This document shows positions 1 through 11,550 of a DNA stretch of 64,000 nucleotides, in pieces. The stretch covers positions 10,232,001 to 10,296,000 of the forward strand of contig CM059433.1 in the NCBI GenBank assembly GCA_030390025.1, in the 5' to 3' direction. Source of the DNA: Squalus acanthias (taxonomy: Eukaryota). A program made the translations under genes and the position numbers. The notes below the pieces were generated by a model that was not told where the DNA came from, ran no database searches, and worked only from the letters and a program-made list of their open reading frames with translations. How positions within the stretch are numbered: position 1 is the first letter of the stretch; each line of letters opens with the position of its first letter.

Positions 1-150
1 TTTAACAAGTACAATCATGTTTTAAGAGTTACAGCAACCGAATTGTAGTTTAAGCACCAGATTCTAGGAGGCCACAGAAAAGCTGCACTGCCGGTCTACC
101 ACTTTTCCACTTGGTACATGCAGAGCTGTGTGGCGTACGTCGAAGAGTCA

Positions 151-1090
151 GATTGGCTCAGTGGTAACAATAAGCGATCTTATTGAAACATATAAGATTG
201 TGAAGGGGCTTGATCGGGTGGAGGCGGGGAGGATGTTCCCAAGGATGGGTGAAACTAGAACTAGGGGGCATAATCTTAGAATAAGGGGCTGCTCTTTCAA
301 AACTGAGATGAGGAGAAACTTCTTCACTCAGAGGGTAGTAGGTCTGTGGAATTTGCTGCCCCAGGAAGCTGTGGAAGCTACATCATTAAATAAATTTAAA
401 ACAAAAATTAGACAGTTTCCTAGAAGTAAAGGGAATTAGGGGTTACGGGGAGCGGGCAGGAAATTGGACATGAGGCTGAGTTCGGATCGGTCGAGGCCCT
501 GTGGGTGGCGTAGCGGGCCCAGGGGCTGAGTGGCCAGGTCCTGCTCCTACTTCTTGTGCTCTTTAGATTTGAGGTTAGGATCAGATCAGCCATGATCTTA
601 TTGAATGGCGGAGCAGGCTCGAAGGGCCGATTGGCCTACTCCTGCTCCTATTTCTTATGTTCTTATGTAACAATCTTGCCTCTGAGTCAGAAGGTTGTGG
701 GTTTAAGCCCCAGTTAAGCAGGTAATCTAGGCTGACATTCCAGTGCAGTATTGAGGGAGTGCTACATTGTCAGAGGTGCTGTCATTTAGATGAGAATTTA
801 AACCGAGGCCATGTCTGCCTGTTCAAGGGACTGTAAAGGATCCCGCTGACTTTTTTGAAGAACAGCCGGGACCTCTGGTGTTCTGGCCAACATTCTTCCC
901 TCAACTAACCCCACCAAATTAGATTAATTGGTCACTAATCTCATTGCTGTTTGTCGGACCTTACTGCGTTTTGTACATTGCCTTTGTCTACAAAACAACA
1001 GTGATGACACTTCAAAAATAATTAATTGGCTTCAAAAATAATTCCGATGCCCTGAGGATGTGAAAGGCACAGTGTGAATGCAAGTTCATT
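151..1090 (+). mobile_element. tRNA-derived Deu-domain SINE (SacSINE1-like), diverged, split by a CR1 insertion
   Basis: The head TGGCTCAGTGG at ~154-164 resumes at 675 (cttgcctctgagtcagaaggttgtgggtt). The body and tail match the other copies in the window. Confidence 0.8.
172..666 (+). mobile_element. CR1 LINE 3' fragment
   Basis: ORF 128..439 reads DLIETYKI...GHNLRIRG..FKTEMRRNFFTQRVV.LWN.LP (CR1 ORF2 C-terminus). It ends in a (TTCTTATG)n tail and is flanked by an 8-bp TSD GTAACAAT (164-171, 667-674). Confidence 0.9.
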
Positions 1091-1215
1091 CCTTCTTACC
1101 CGTTGGTCCATCAGAACTTATTTTCCCCAATTTCCTCTCCTGATTCTTGCTGGGGTATAGTTCCACAAGTCTTGCCATTGTTTTGGTATCTACAGGTGTG
1201 AGACCTAGAGAGTGA

Positions 1216-1775
1216 GGGGGGAAATTTCCCAGCCCTGGGGAGGTGGGTATGGAGGCAGGACTGCCGGGAAAATGGCAGAAACTGGGAGCGGGTACCGAAC
1301 CCGCTCCCAACCCACCTCCGTGCCATCTTCCTGGGAGGTGGGTCCCCGACTGACGTAGGGCCCCGTCTCCTCGAGGCGGGAAGGGGATTACAGCCAATTA
1401 ACTGCCTGTTAACAGGTAGTTAACAGGCAGTTTTGAGGCTTATCCCCATTGGGGATCCGGAGGTGCCTCATCCCAATGGCAGAGATGACAGAATGGCTGC
1501 TGCATTCTCAGATGCAGCAACCATCTGATTTCTGCTGAGGAAATAGGTTTTGGTGAGCCTTCAGTACAAGGGCTCACCTTAGAACAGAGATTGTCAGTGT
1601 TTCACAGCTTCTCTAAGTCACCGACTTAACAAGGTCAATCAAGGGAAAATAGCGTGGGTTGGCCGGACGTCGTTGGGGGCGGGACTGAAACCCAACAACC
1701 AGCAGTCTCGCCCCCAACGCGCCCCCATTGACAAAGTCCAGCCCTGAGTGTTAGCTGGCCATTTAACCATGGGCA
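1216..1775 (+). mobile_element. Degenerate Harbinger-type MITE
   Basis: Starts GGGGGGAAATTT. Internal segments (aactgcctgttaac..gtagttaacaggcag; tgtcagtgtt..acagcttc) are shared with the intact MITE at 16127-16971. Confidence 0.55.
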
Positions 1776-1842
1776 GGAATCACAGCTGAGCCCACACCTG
1801 TCCTCACTCAGTATACACATCGAGGGGACATGGAATTGGGGG

Positions 1843-2205
1843 TCAGCTGTGGCTCAGTGGGTCGCACACTCACCTCTGAGTCAGAAGGTTGTGGGTTCAC
1901 AGTCCCCACTCCAGGGACTTGAGCACATAAATCTAGGCTGACACTCCCAGTGCAGTGCTGAGGGAGTGCCGCACTGTCGGAGGTGCCGTCTTTCGGATGA
2001 GACGTTAAACCGAGGCCCCGTCTGCTCTCTCAGGTGGACATAAAAGATCCCATGGCACTATTTCGAAGAAGAGCAGGGGAGTTATCCCCAGTGTCCTGGC
2101 CAATATTTATCCCTCAACCAACATAACAAAGACAGATTGTCTGGTCATTATCACATTGCTGTTTGTGGAAGCTTGCTGTGTGCAAATTGGCTGCCGTGTT
2201 TCCCA
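1843..2205 (+). mobile_element. Deu-domain tRNA SINE (SacSINE1-like), 3'-truncated
   Basis: A-box TGGCTCAGTGG, B-box-like GGTTCACAGTCC, and the core gccgtctttcggatgagacgttaaaccgagg...aaagatcccatggcact. Confidence 0.9.
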
Positions 2206-2885
2206 AACTAATTGTTCCCTTCCCTAACCCAAAGGCATTAATGCCAATTCTAGCAGACAATCAGGTACCAAAGCAGAGACCAAGGATGAAAATTGGGAGC
2301 TGCCTGGTCTATATGGATACGTATCACACGACATTTACAGATTGAACCATCAGGGAAGGCTGGATGATACATGGGGGTAAAAATTCAGTTGGTTGCGCCT
2401 CCCGTTAGCGCCTTAAGAGGGCGCTAATGAGGCGCAAAGCTGCTAGCGACCGGGCGCAGCGATGTTTGCGCTGCTCGGGAACTTAACTAGACATTGTGTG
2501 GCGGCGCTAAACTTTACCGCTGCGACCACCTGCGCGCGCAGATTGTGACGTCATTCCATGGTGCAACGCCCTTGTGGCGCCCCGGAGCGGAAATTGAGTG
2601 GCGCCCCCTGCCTTACCGCCTGGCGCATCCAACGACCGGAAGACTGGAACGCTATCAATCGCTGTGGGGCTGGGGGGGGGCGCTATTTAAAGGGGGCCAC
2701 TTCCTGTCTTTTTCTGTGGTTGACATTTTTGCACCACTCGTTCTGAGAGAGAGAGAGAGATTCGGAGAGAGAGAAAGAGAGACTTCTGCATTGAGTCAAC
2801 GCTTTGTGAGGTAGTTTTGCCTACTGATCCTAACTTCGCTGGTACTTTGGTTGCTGTCCTTCATTACTTTGCTTGCAAAGAGACT

Positions 2886-4046
2886 ATGGGGGCTGCACTG
2901 ATTGGGGGCGTCGTCCTGCTCCAGCTGAATCGGAGGACACAGAGACGCAGAGAGAGAGTGGCAATGATGGCCAGACGGAGGAGGGCCAACAGGCGTATGT
3001 ACAGGAGAGCTTACCCTCCCAGGGTATATCGTGAACAGCTCTCCTACATTCATATGTCTGAGGAGCTGTGTTTGCGAAGGCTGCGATTCAGCAAGGAGGT
3101 GGTCACTGAGCTCTGCCACCTGCTGCAGCCAGATCTGCAGCCTCAACTGAGGTCCAGGACGTCTCTGTTGGTGGCAGTGAAGGTCACAGTGGCTCTCAAC
3201 TTCTATGCTACTGGCTCATTTCAAGCTGCTGCTGGGGACCTCGCCAATATCTCCCAGTTCGCGGTGCATTGCTGCATCCGGCAGGTCACAAATGCCCTCT
3301 TTAAAAGGAGACGAGAGTTCATCTCTTTCCCCATGACCCCAGACAAGCAGCGTGACCGCGCTCTGGGCTTTGCGAGGATAGCGGGCTTCCCCATGGTGCA
3401 GGGCGCCATTGACTGCACGCATGTGGCTTTGCGTGCTCCACATGAGAATGCCGAGGAATTCCAGAACAGAAAGGGGTTCCATTCCTTGAATGTTCAGTTG
3501 GTCTGTGACCACAGACAGCTGATACTCGCTGTCAATGCCCACTATCCTGGCAGCTGCCACGATGCTTTTATCCTGCGCCAGACTACTGTGGCAGAACTTT
3601 TCGAGGCACCGCATCAGCCAGTTGGTTGGCTTCTCAGGGACAAGGGGTATCCATTGAGCACCTGGCTGATGACACCGCTCCGTACGCCCAACACCCCTGC
3701 TGAGCTGCGGTACAATGAGAGCCATCAAGCTACCAGGAACATCATTGAGCGCACAATCGGCGTGCTGAAGCAACGGTTCCGCTGTCTCGACCATTCTGGA
3801 GGAGCCCTGCAGTACTCGCCTGAGCGAGTATCCAACTTCGTAGTTGTGTGCTGCATGTTGCATAACATGGCAATCGTCAGGACCCAGCCAATGCCACCAG
3901 GCCTTGGAGCACCACCAGAGGAGGAGGAGGAAGAGGAGGAAGAGGACAAGGAGGATGATCATCAGCAGCACCAAGGCGGGAGGGCGGCCCACAATGGTGA
4001 AACTGCAAGGGCCGTCCGTCAACGGCTGATAGCAAGCCGCTTCTAG
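2886..4046 (+). CDS. Harbinger DDE transposase (HARBI1-family nuclease), 386 aa from the first ATG
   Basis: Uninterrupted ORF with family motifs ALNFYATGSFQ, GAIDCTH, NRKGFHSLNVQLVCD, YPGSCHDAFIL, DKGYP and IERTIGVLKQRFRCL, plus an acidic C-terminal tail. Confidence 0.95.
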   Translation: MGAALIGGVVLLQLNRRTQRRRERVAMMARRRRANRRMYRRAYPPRVYREQLSYIHMSEELCLRRLRFSKEVVTELCHLLQPDLQPQLRSRTSLLVAVKVTVALNFYATGSFQAAAGDLANISQFAVHCCIRQVTNALFKRRREFISFPMTPDKQRDRALGFARIAGFPMVQGAIDCTHVALRAPHENAEEFQNRKGFHSLNVQLVCDHRQLILAVNAHYPGSCHDAFILRQTTVAELFEAPHQPVGWLLRDKGYPLSTWLMTPLRTPNTPAELRYNESHQATRNIIERTIGVLKQRFRCLDHSGGALQYSPERVSNFVVVCCMLHNMAIVRTQPMPPGLGAPPEEEEEEEEEDKEDDHQQHQGGRAAHNGETARAVRQRLIASRF

Positions 4047-4358
4047 GGCCCCTGCTGTGGAAATGGCTTCTGCCATTGCTAACAACATCAATGAACCCAG
4101 CACGCAACCCCTAAGCCGGCCAAGGCACCAATAATTCCAAACACCAAACATGTATATTTTGAATACAAAAACTTATTTATTTTACAAACTCTGTGTGTGT
4201 CATTTCCTCATGACAAACTCATAGAAATAAACACAAAAAAACAGTCAATAACATAACTGGTTCTCACAACCTGGAGATAATGTCCAAAACACTAAACAAA
4301 AGTTGGACCACGAACCTCGGCCTTTAATAAAAAAATGACCAGCATTTTGTCACACCTC

Positions 4359-5335
4359 CTACTTTTTGCCCTTCGAGGGTGATCTCCTTCCCTTGCGCAC
4401 TTCCCCCCTTCTAACCCTACTGCTCCTCCGTAATGGGACCTCAGTGGCTGCAGCAAGGCTGGTGGAAGGCTGCTGATCGTCAGACCCTGACACTGCAGAT
4501 GCCCCTGAAGGACGGCCTCGACCAGTTCTGGGCCTGGAGGGCCCGGCTGCAGACTGCACCAACTCTGCATGGGCGGCAGCAGTCTGTCCTACAGGTGGTG
4601 GCAAGTGCAGTGGAGAAGTGACAGTGTTGGCAGCAGGAATGCTGTCATCGTGAGAGAGGACAGCAACTCCCTGCTCGCCCGACACACTGGCACTCCCACG
4701 GGGCAGCAATTCAGCATCCGGAGCAATCTGCTGGAGCACAGATTTCTGGCCTGCTGCGGCGCGGTGAGAGCCCCGGGGACATGTGAACGAACCATCGAGG
4801 TTGGCAGCAGTCAGTGCTCGCGTGGCCTCAATCTGAGTCTGCATGAGAGCAGTCAGAGATGGGATCACGGCAGTCAGTGACTGAATTGCAGCACTAAGCG
4901 TTAGTGTGGCATCCGCCTGTGCTACAGCGAAGTGCTCCACACTCCTTGCCAGTGACTCAATGCATTCGGGCACCCTTCCCACTGCACCCATGAGCTCAGT
5001 GTGCATGCCCACCGCCTGGGTGTTCATTTCTGCGATCAGCCGCTCCTCCTCTGCGTCCATTGCAGTAGGAGTCTCTGGCATACTCTCCCTCTGGGGAGAA
5101 GGCCCCCGTTCTTCCCTACCCCCATGGCGTTGCTGCAGCCCGCTGGGTCCTGGAGCTTCACCCTCATCAGACCCTTCCCCCCTGCTCCCCTCCAGGGAAG
5201 GCGTGTTCCCAGTGTGGGCATGGGCTTCCTCGGGAGAGGGTGGCACTGATGCTCCGGCTTCCTCTTCCTCCTCGGCTGCAGGTTCACTCCCACTGGCAGC
5301 TTCAGGGCCCGTCTCCTCAGCTGGTGAATCACCAT
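4359..5335 (-). CDS. Harbinger Myb/SANT-like protein, exon 3 (spliced product ~458 aa)
   Basis: Acceptor CCCTGCTTTCAG|AT. The phase-1 join is in frame with ORF 4359..5246, which has an acidic region, a helical region and a basic C-terminus. Confidence 0.8.
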
Positions 5336-5494
5336 CTGAAAGCAGGGAGGTACAAGAGTGGCTTTAGCGTGAGGACAGGGTGGCAGTAAGGGAGGAATAA
5401 GTGCAGCGAGTTAGCAAGTTGGATTGAAAGTGTCAAAGGCTGGTGTTGTGAGGAACAAGTGGAAGGACAGAGGACAAAAAGGTGATGACCTTAC

Positions 5495-5657
5495 CATTGC
5501 TGTCCAGAACGGGGTCGGCGTCTCCAGTGGCGACGGGACCGATCACCCGGCTTGCCACAATCCTGTGGACGCGCTCCTCAAGATCGCTGAGGGGTTGCAG
5601 CTGAGGCCGCCCTCCACCTGTCCGTTGCTGCTGTCTCCTATTATGCGCCAGCTTGGC
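5495..5657 (-). CDS. Harbinger Myb/SANT-like protein, exon 2
   Basis: Acceptor TTTTTCTTGCAG| precedes AKLAHNRRQQQRTGGGRP...LSDLEERV (the TGGG motif typical of this family). The donor is phase-1 ATG|GTAAGG. Confidence 0.85.
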
Positions 5658-5691
5658 CTGCAAGAAAAAGGACAGCATCTGAGTAAATATA

Positions 5692-5801
5692 CAGCCATGG
5701 TCTTGCCTGATGTGCCTCCCATAGGTGAATAGCCCTTACTGTATGCAGCCATGGTCTTGCCTGATGTGTCTCCCATAGGTGAATAGCCCTTACTGTATGC
5801 A
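5692..5801. repeat. 54-bp tandem duplication in intron 1 of the Myb gene
   Basis: Two copies of cagccatggtcttgcctgatgtg(c/t)ctcccataggtgaatagcccttactgtatg with one mismatch. Confidence 0.9.
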
Positions 5802-5941
5802 AAGTGTGGAATGTGTGTGTGTGCTTCATGAAAGGGCCATAGGTGTTGGATGAGTGTTGTGCATTGGGGTTTTAAGACCCTCTGGCCATAGAGTGAGGTT
5901 GAGATGGAGGGATGGAGAGGTATTGAGAAAAAGCCACTCAC

Positions 5942-6178
5942 CCTGATGACCCGAGTGAGGTCGTTGAACTTTTTGCGGCATTGAACATGGGTCCTGGGCA
6001 CCATGCTCCTGGAGGAGACGCTCTGAGCCACCTCCCTCCACACTCTTCTGTATTCGCGTGGCAAAGGCCTCCTGCCACTCTCAGGGAAGAGTATACATCT
6101 TCTGCGCTCCACCGCGCCAACCAGAGCATTCAAGGCCCGCTCGGTGAAGCGATGAGCTCGTTCTCTCACCCTCTCCAT
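5942..6178 (-). CDS. Harbinger Myb/SANT-like (trihelix, NAIF1/MSANTD-type) protein, exon 1
   Basis: ATG at 6178. Translation MERVRERAHRFTERALNALV...W.EVAQSV....RT..QCRKKFNDL is a Myb/SANT-like signature. It ends at a phase-0 donor AGG|GTGAGT. Confidence 0.88.
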
Positions 6179-8405
6179 CCTTGGCAGCAAAATGGATTCA
6201 CAGGTCTCTCCAGGCCGAGATTCAAGGCTGCAATGAGCAGGGTGTGGCTGGGGAGCAAGTTGGCCCCCCCCCCCCGCTTTAAGAACTGGCCGGCGCCAGT
6301 GTGTCTGTGTTCCCTCGCTAACTGGCAGCACCTGCGCTGCGCTCGCGCGCTGAGTTAGCGCCTCACTGCTCGGCCTTTGCGCCTTAAGACAGGTGTGCAG
6401 CGCCTGATTTAGCGCTCCACTCACCTCCCGGGGCGGTAAAAGTGAAGTTTCCAGTCAGTGGCGATAATTAGCGCCAGGCGCTAATATTTGCGTCCAGACG
6501 ATATTTGCGCCCCAAACGGGGCGCGACCTAATTTTTCCCCCATGGTATTTCATGAATTAACCTTTATCTCTCTAAAAGCTGCAGTATTTAGTCCTTGCTT
6601 GCTCCCAGTTGTTACACACTTCAACAAGGGCACACACAATTACACAATTATGAAGCTATTGTTTTGCAAGAAATTACTCACTCCCAATGATTTTTTAAAT
6701 GGAACTGTTGAAAATACAGAAAAAAAACAATTAACCCAGACATTTTATACTTGGAGGACGGTAGAGCTGCTTAGTTTTGGAAGAATTGTTTTCTATTGTT
6801 TCTTTTGATAAAATATTCTGCAGAAAATAAACTGGAGGCCAACTTGCAAAAGAGCTGTCAGTACAAAAGGGAACTTACAACTTTCAATTCTTACCTTGGG
6901 ATAGATTTGCAGTTTATTGATAAATACAACCTGCCTGCTCTATATGGCTAAGTATCACACTAGATTTACTGACTGAACCATCAGGGAAGGGGCTTTTATA
7001 ATTTTATTTATACAATAATAATGAATAAGAAATGGTTTGGCACATTGGAATTGTTGATGGTTTAATGGAACTCTTGGGCTCATTCGGGTGAGTACTGCTA
7101 GTGCATCTCCCAAGTCAAGTACAGGTTCAGTACAGAGTAAAACACCCTCTACATTCCTCACCAATATGCCTTAACCCCAACCTCAAAAAAGCAACCTCTT
7201 ACACCAATGTAACATTTATCCATTTCCTACCCCAACCTATTTTGAGCGATTTTTGTCAATTTAGTGCCACTTAGCGTCAAAGGGGTAGCTTTGTGCTGCG
7301 AGGCCGACACTCAATAGAAAAATAAGTTAAGACTTAGTTCGCATAAGATGCTGAGTTAAGCGGAAAAGTCACTTCACCCTATCTGTCTGGGTTGGATTAG
7401 ACCCAGAGGTAAAAGTATAGTGGCTAACCCGCTGTGCCGGCCAATTCCCCCACCCACCCCCTCACCACACACAAAAAAAATGCTAATTAACACAGGTTGT
7501 AATTATCGTAAAACTATGTTAATAAACTCGGATAACATAAATCTGACGTAGAGTTTCGAGACCCTAGCCGAATCATAAAATGTCCTCGCCGCACTCTGCT
7601 GTTGTGTTTGTGATCTGCCCTCCGTCAATAATCCAATTCTATTACAGGCAACATTCCCGCATTGTTGCGCTGTTAATGTCCACGCCGACAGTTAGGAAAC
7701 AACTGCATTCCTGCTCAGTGGGGTTTGCATAATTTCCAAAATAATATCAGCATGTGGCTGCATTCTAAAATGTCCGTGCAATTAAATAAAACACATTTTT
7801 TTCCCTTTCTAATTACCGTCGTGCCTGAACCCTGCTGCATGTCGCTCACTTAACTCATTAGACCAATTTTCTCCAGGAGGGTGAAAAGGTTTACTGGATT
7901 TTAGAAACGCAATCAATCCAACCACTTGATAAAGCAGAAGTAATGCACCCGCCTCGCAGCTGTAAGGTTCAAATCCTAGGCCTGTCTGCCACGCAGATAT
8001 GTCGGTGACTCTGTCTGAATTTGGATCTCTTTGGCTTCATTTTAAATTAAATTAATCTGAAATGCTTTACTTTCTAAATTGCTATCCCATCCTAAACTGA
8101 TGATACAACTCGACTTTGATTCAGAGTGGAGACAGATCACGGACAGAAATTCTGAGTCGGAATATGTCAGAAGATTATCATTAGTTCTCTGTCCTTTGTG
8201 CTCAGCAGATACAATATTTCTAGCAGTAATAAAATATGTCCAAACTCATCACTAAAATAATACAGCTTACAAAGCTGTAAATTTACTACAAAAATTCCTT
8301 GCTTCAATCAACCTTAACTGGAAAATTAGTGCCAAAATTCCCTCAATGGTTTTTCTTCTCTCCGCTCCTTTTGAAGGTGATAATTCATAACCATCTTCTG
8401 GAAGC

Positions 8406-8612
8406 ACAACACCAGCTTATAGTCCAACAGTTTTATTTGAAATTACGAGCTTTCGGAGCTGCTGCTCCTTCGTCAGGTACAGTGAGGTCTGACGAAGGAG
8501 CAGCGCTCCAAAAGCTCGTAATTTCAAATAAAACTGTTGGACTATAACCCTGGTGTTGTGCGACTTCTCATTTTTGTCCACCCCAGTCCAACACCGGCAT
8601 CTCTACATCATG
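8406..8612. mobile_element. Penelope-like element terminal fragment arranged as an inverted repeat, with hammerhead motifs
   Basis: Arms at ~8404-8476 and ~8489-8561 are reverse complements. A probable TSD atcttctgg(a/t)agc lies at 8393-8405 and 8613-8625. Confidence 0.75.
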
Positions 8613-9202
8613 ATCTTCTGGTAGCTCATCTAAGTGGCCATTTTCTACCACGAACCTAATGGGCCTACAGTTTAAATCACTGGTGCTAAGAATGCCGTGA
8701 CACTCCATCCCTTATCTTGCCCCTTTCTCCAGTGAGAGGAACGGCAAGAATTACCAGCACAATCAAAACAGGTGTGAGGTTGTGATCCTCAGGTGTTAGG
8801 GCGTGAGATTGTGATCTCATGCCACTGAATGCAGGATCGTAAATAGCTTGCAATTAGTTTCAGCATCCCCAGGTTACGGAAGAGGAAATTGATCAGTCAG
8901 ATTGATATCTAATAGCTGCTGTTTGCAAAAAAATTATTGGATTTATCTAGTTGTATAATGATCCCTACTGAGCCAAGATAATACACATAGGTGCACAGGT
9001 TGTGGCCCACTGATGGCTCAACTGGTTAAGCGAGTGAGTACCTGAGTCTGGATGATCCCTGGCTCCCTCGGCTATGCTGAATTAACTGATATCACCTGGG
9101 ACGTTGGTGAGACACTAAAATTAGCCTGAGCAGCACTGGGGAAAGGAAGGAAACAAATTGGGCAAGTTTCCCCTTGCTGACTGTTGTCCAGCAACCTTTA
9201 GT

Positions 9203-9620
9203 GTCAGCTGTAGCACACTCGCCTCTGAGTCATGAAGGTTGTGGGTTCAAGTCCCACGCCAGGGACTTGAGCATATAAAGCTAGGCTGACACTCCAGTGC
9301 AGTGCTGAGGGAGTGCTGCACTGTCGGAGGTGCCGTCTCTCGGATGAGACGTTAAACCGAGGCCCCGTCTGCTCTCTCTGGTGGATGTAAAAGATCCCGT
9401 GGCACTATTTCAAAGAAGAGCAGGGGACTCCTGGCCAATATTTATCCCTCAACCAACATCACTAAAAACAGACTATCTGGTCATTATCACATTGCTGTTT
9501 GTGGGAGCTTGCTGTGCAACGGTGACTACACTTAAAAAAAAAGTACTTAATTGGCTGTAAAGCGCTTTGGGACGTCCGGTGGTCATGAAGGGCACTATAT
9601 AAATGCAAATCTTTCTTTCT
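9203..9620 (+). mobile_element. Deu-domain tRNA SINE
   Basis: Matches the other copies, with small internal deletions. Confidence 0.9.
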
Positions 9621-11068
9621 TTACAGTAAGTGCGTGGACATCGAGTGAAGACGGGATTGGGTTTGACTGGGAAGCTCTCCATAGTCAAATCGTCTGCCAG
9701 CACTCATTGTCCAGGCTCATACCTGGTAAGGTAAGGTAAGGTGCACCAAGGCCACTGCAAGGAGTTGGGCAAGGAGGATGGGAGAGCAGAAAGTTGCCAG
9801 AAAAAATAAGGGAAAAAAAAGACATTGAGGCGGTACAGGGTGGATAGACAGGGAAAGGGTCCAGGTGAGTGCTGGGCCAAATTATGAAACCGAAGATAAT
9901 CAGATTGGGCCAGTCATATGTAATCAGCCAGATGCCTAAATTCAGTCCAATGTGTTGAGGTGTGGTGTTTCTATAATCGGAAAACAAACTTGTTACTTTT
10001 CTCTCTCCCTAATTTCCTGCCCTCTCCTCCTGTCCTGAAGCTGTTGATTTCCTGGGGTACAGTTCCAATGGGAAGGGTCATCTGCTGGCACCTCACCAAA
10101 AATGGCCATTATACATACCAGTATATGCTCTTGACAGTGAGTGCTGGCAAGTTATCCGACCTCGGGGTCGAGCCAGATCCTAGCTTGAGAGGAGTCCACA
10201 CAGCCGCAGTTTCCAGCAGGGGTCACCGGATAGCAATCGGGATGGGGAGCACGGGCTGATTTTCCGCTCCTTATCCCATGGGGTATTGTGGCCAATTGTA
10301 GCACCCCTACAGCTGCCCTGACTGATAGCGGCAGATCATCAACTGAACCAGGAACTTCCTTGGTCTGTATGGCTCAGAGACGGGGGGGGGGACCTCAAAC
10401 TCCTGGCGAGGACAGAACACGTGTGGATCACCCACAGGGCTGCAGAAGTTTGGGTGGAACCCGTTTCTCCAGAGTGTCCGCCCAGTAACGCTGTGCCCCA
10501 AATTCCCGTCGGCGGGGGGGGGGGTGGGAAAACTTTCTGCTGCTTCCGTTCTGTCTGGCAGACTTTGGAGGCATGTCTGGGGCTATTCCCGGGAATCCTT
10601 CCCATTACTCTGCCTGAAATGTCTAGTGGGACCTACCCTTCTTGAGAGCCGAGCTTTAAGACGGCCTCAATACTGCTTCAGAAAAAGGTAACTGAATCCC
10701 AAGGCCCCCCCTGCCCTGACTGTGGAAATGACCCTATCCTTGCAATTTGTCCTGCTCCATCGCTCTTCCGGCAGCTAAACAAGGATCCCGGAATTTCAGG
10801 ACAGTTCACTTTACCTCTGAGCTATCGGGAAGCAGGCCAAACCTGATGTTAAACCTCAAACTAATTTCTGGAAAAAAAAACTAGTGAATACAATTTACAT
10901 TAAAAAAAAACCTGGCAAACCGGTCAATTTGTTTTTGCTGGAAAGGATTCGATGAGGCAGAAGGGTCCCTTCAGCATGTTTTATACGACGTAAAATTCTT
11001 TTCATTCTTTCTCTCCTTTCCGTTTTTGGTAAATTTTTTCTTTTGTGAATTCATTCTCACTTTATTTT

Positions 11069-11550
11069 GTCAGCTGTGGCTCAGTGGGCAGCACACTCGC
11101 CTCTGAGTCAGAAGGTTGTGGGTTCACAGTCCCCACTCCAGGGACTTGTGCACATAAAGCTAGGCTGACACTCCCAGTGCAGTGCTGAGGGAGTGCCGCG
11201 CTGTCGGAGGTGCCGTCTTTCGGATGAGACGTTAAAAACTGAGGCCCCGTCTGCTCTCTCTCAGGTGGACGTAAAAGATCCCCATGGCCACTATTTCGAA
11301 GAAGAGCAGGGGAGTTATCCCCCGGTGTCCTGGGGCCAATATTTATCCCTCAATCCACAAAACAAAAACAGATTATCTGGTCATTATCACAGTGCTGTTT
11401 GTGGGAGCTTGCTGTGCGCAAATTGGCTGTCGCGTTTCCCACATTACAACAGTGACTACACTTCAAAAAGTACTTCATTGGCTGTAAAGCGCTTTGAGAC
11501 GTCCGGTGGTCGTGAAAGGCGCTGTAGAAATGCAAGTCTTTCTTTCTTTC
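11069..11550 (+). mobile_element. Deu-domain tRNA SINE, full length
   Basis: A/B boxes, Deu core, and tail aaaggcgctgtagaaatgcaag(tctt)n. Confidence 0.92.

Larger units (their letters stand above)
2374..6541 (+). mobile_element. Full-length PIF/Harbinger DNA transposon with two genes
   Basis: TIRs are GGGGTAAAAATT (2374) and the reverse complement GGGGGAAAAATT (to 6541), 11/12 identical. The 3-bp TSD is ATG (2371-2373, 6542-6544). It encodes a transposase and a convergent Myb/SANT gene. Confidence 0.93.

Noticed and set aside
1843..1915. tRNA genes at SINE heads (also 11069, 24582, 30230, 40940-41017)
   Set aside because: They have A/B boxes only and continue directly into SINE or LINE bodies. 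I could not see a complete cloverleaf.
3216..4151. 311-aa minus-strand ORF
   Set aside because: It is the antisense shadow of the Harbinger transposase. Its hydrophobic run is simply the reverse of the poly-Glu codons.
5543..6424. 293-aa ORF treated as one protein
   Set aside because: Only 6178-5942 is Myb-like. The rest is an upstream non-ATG extension and read-through into intron 1.
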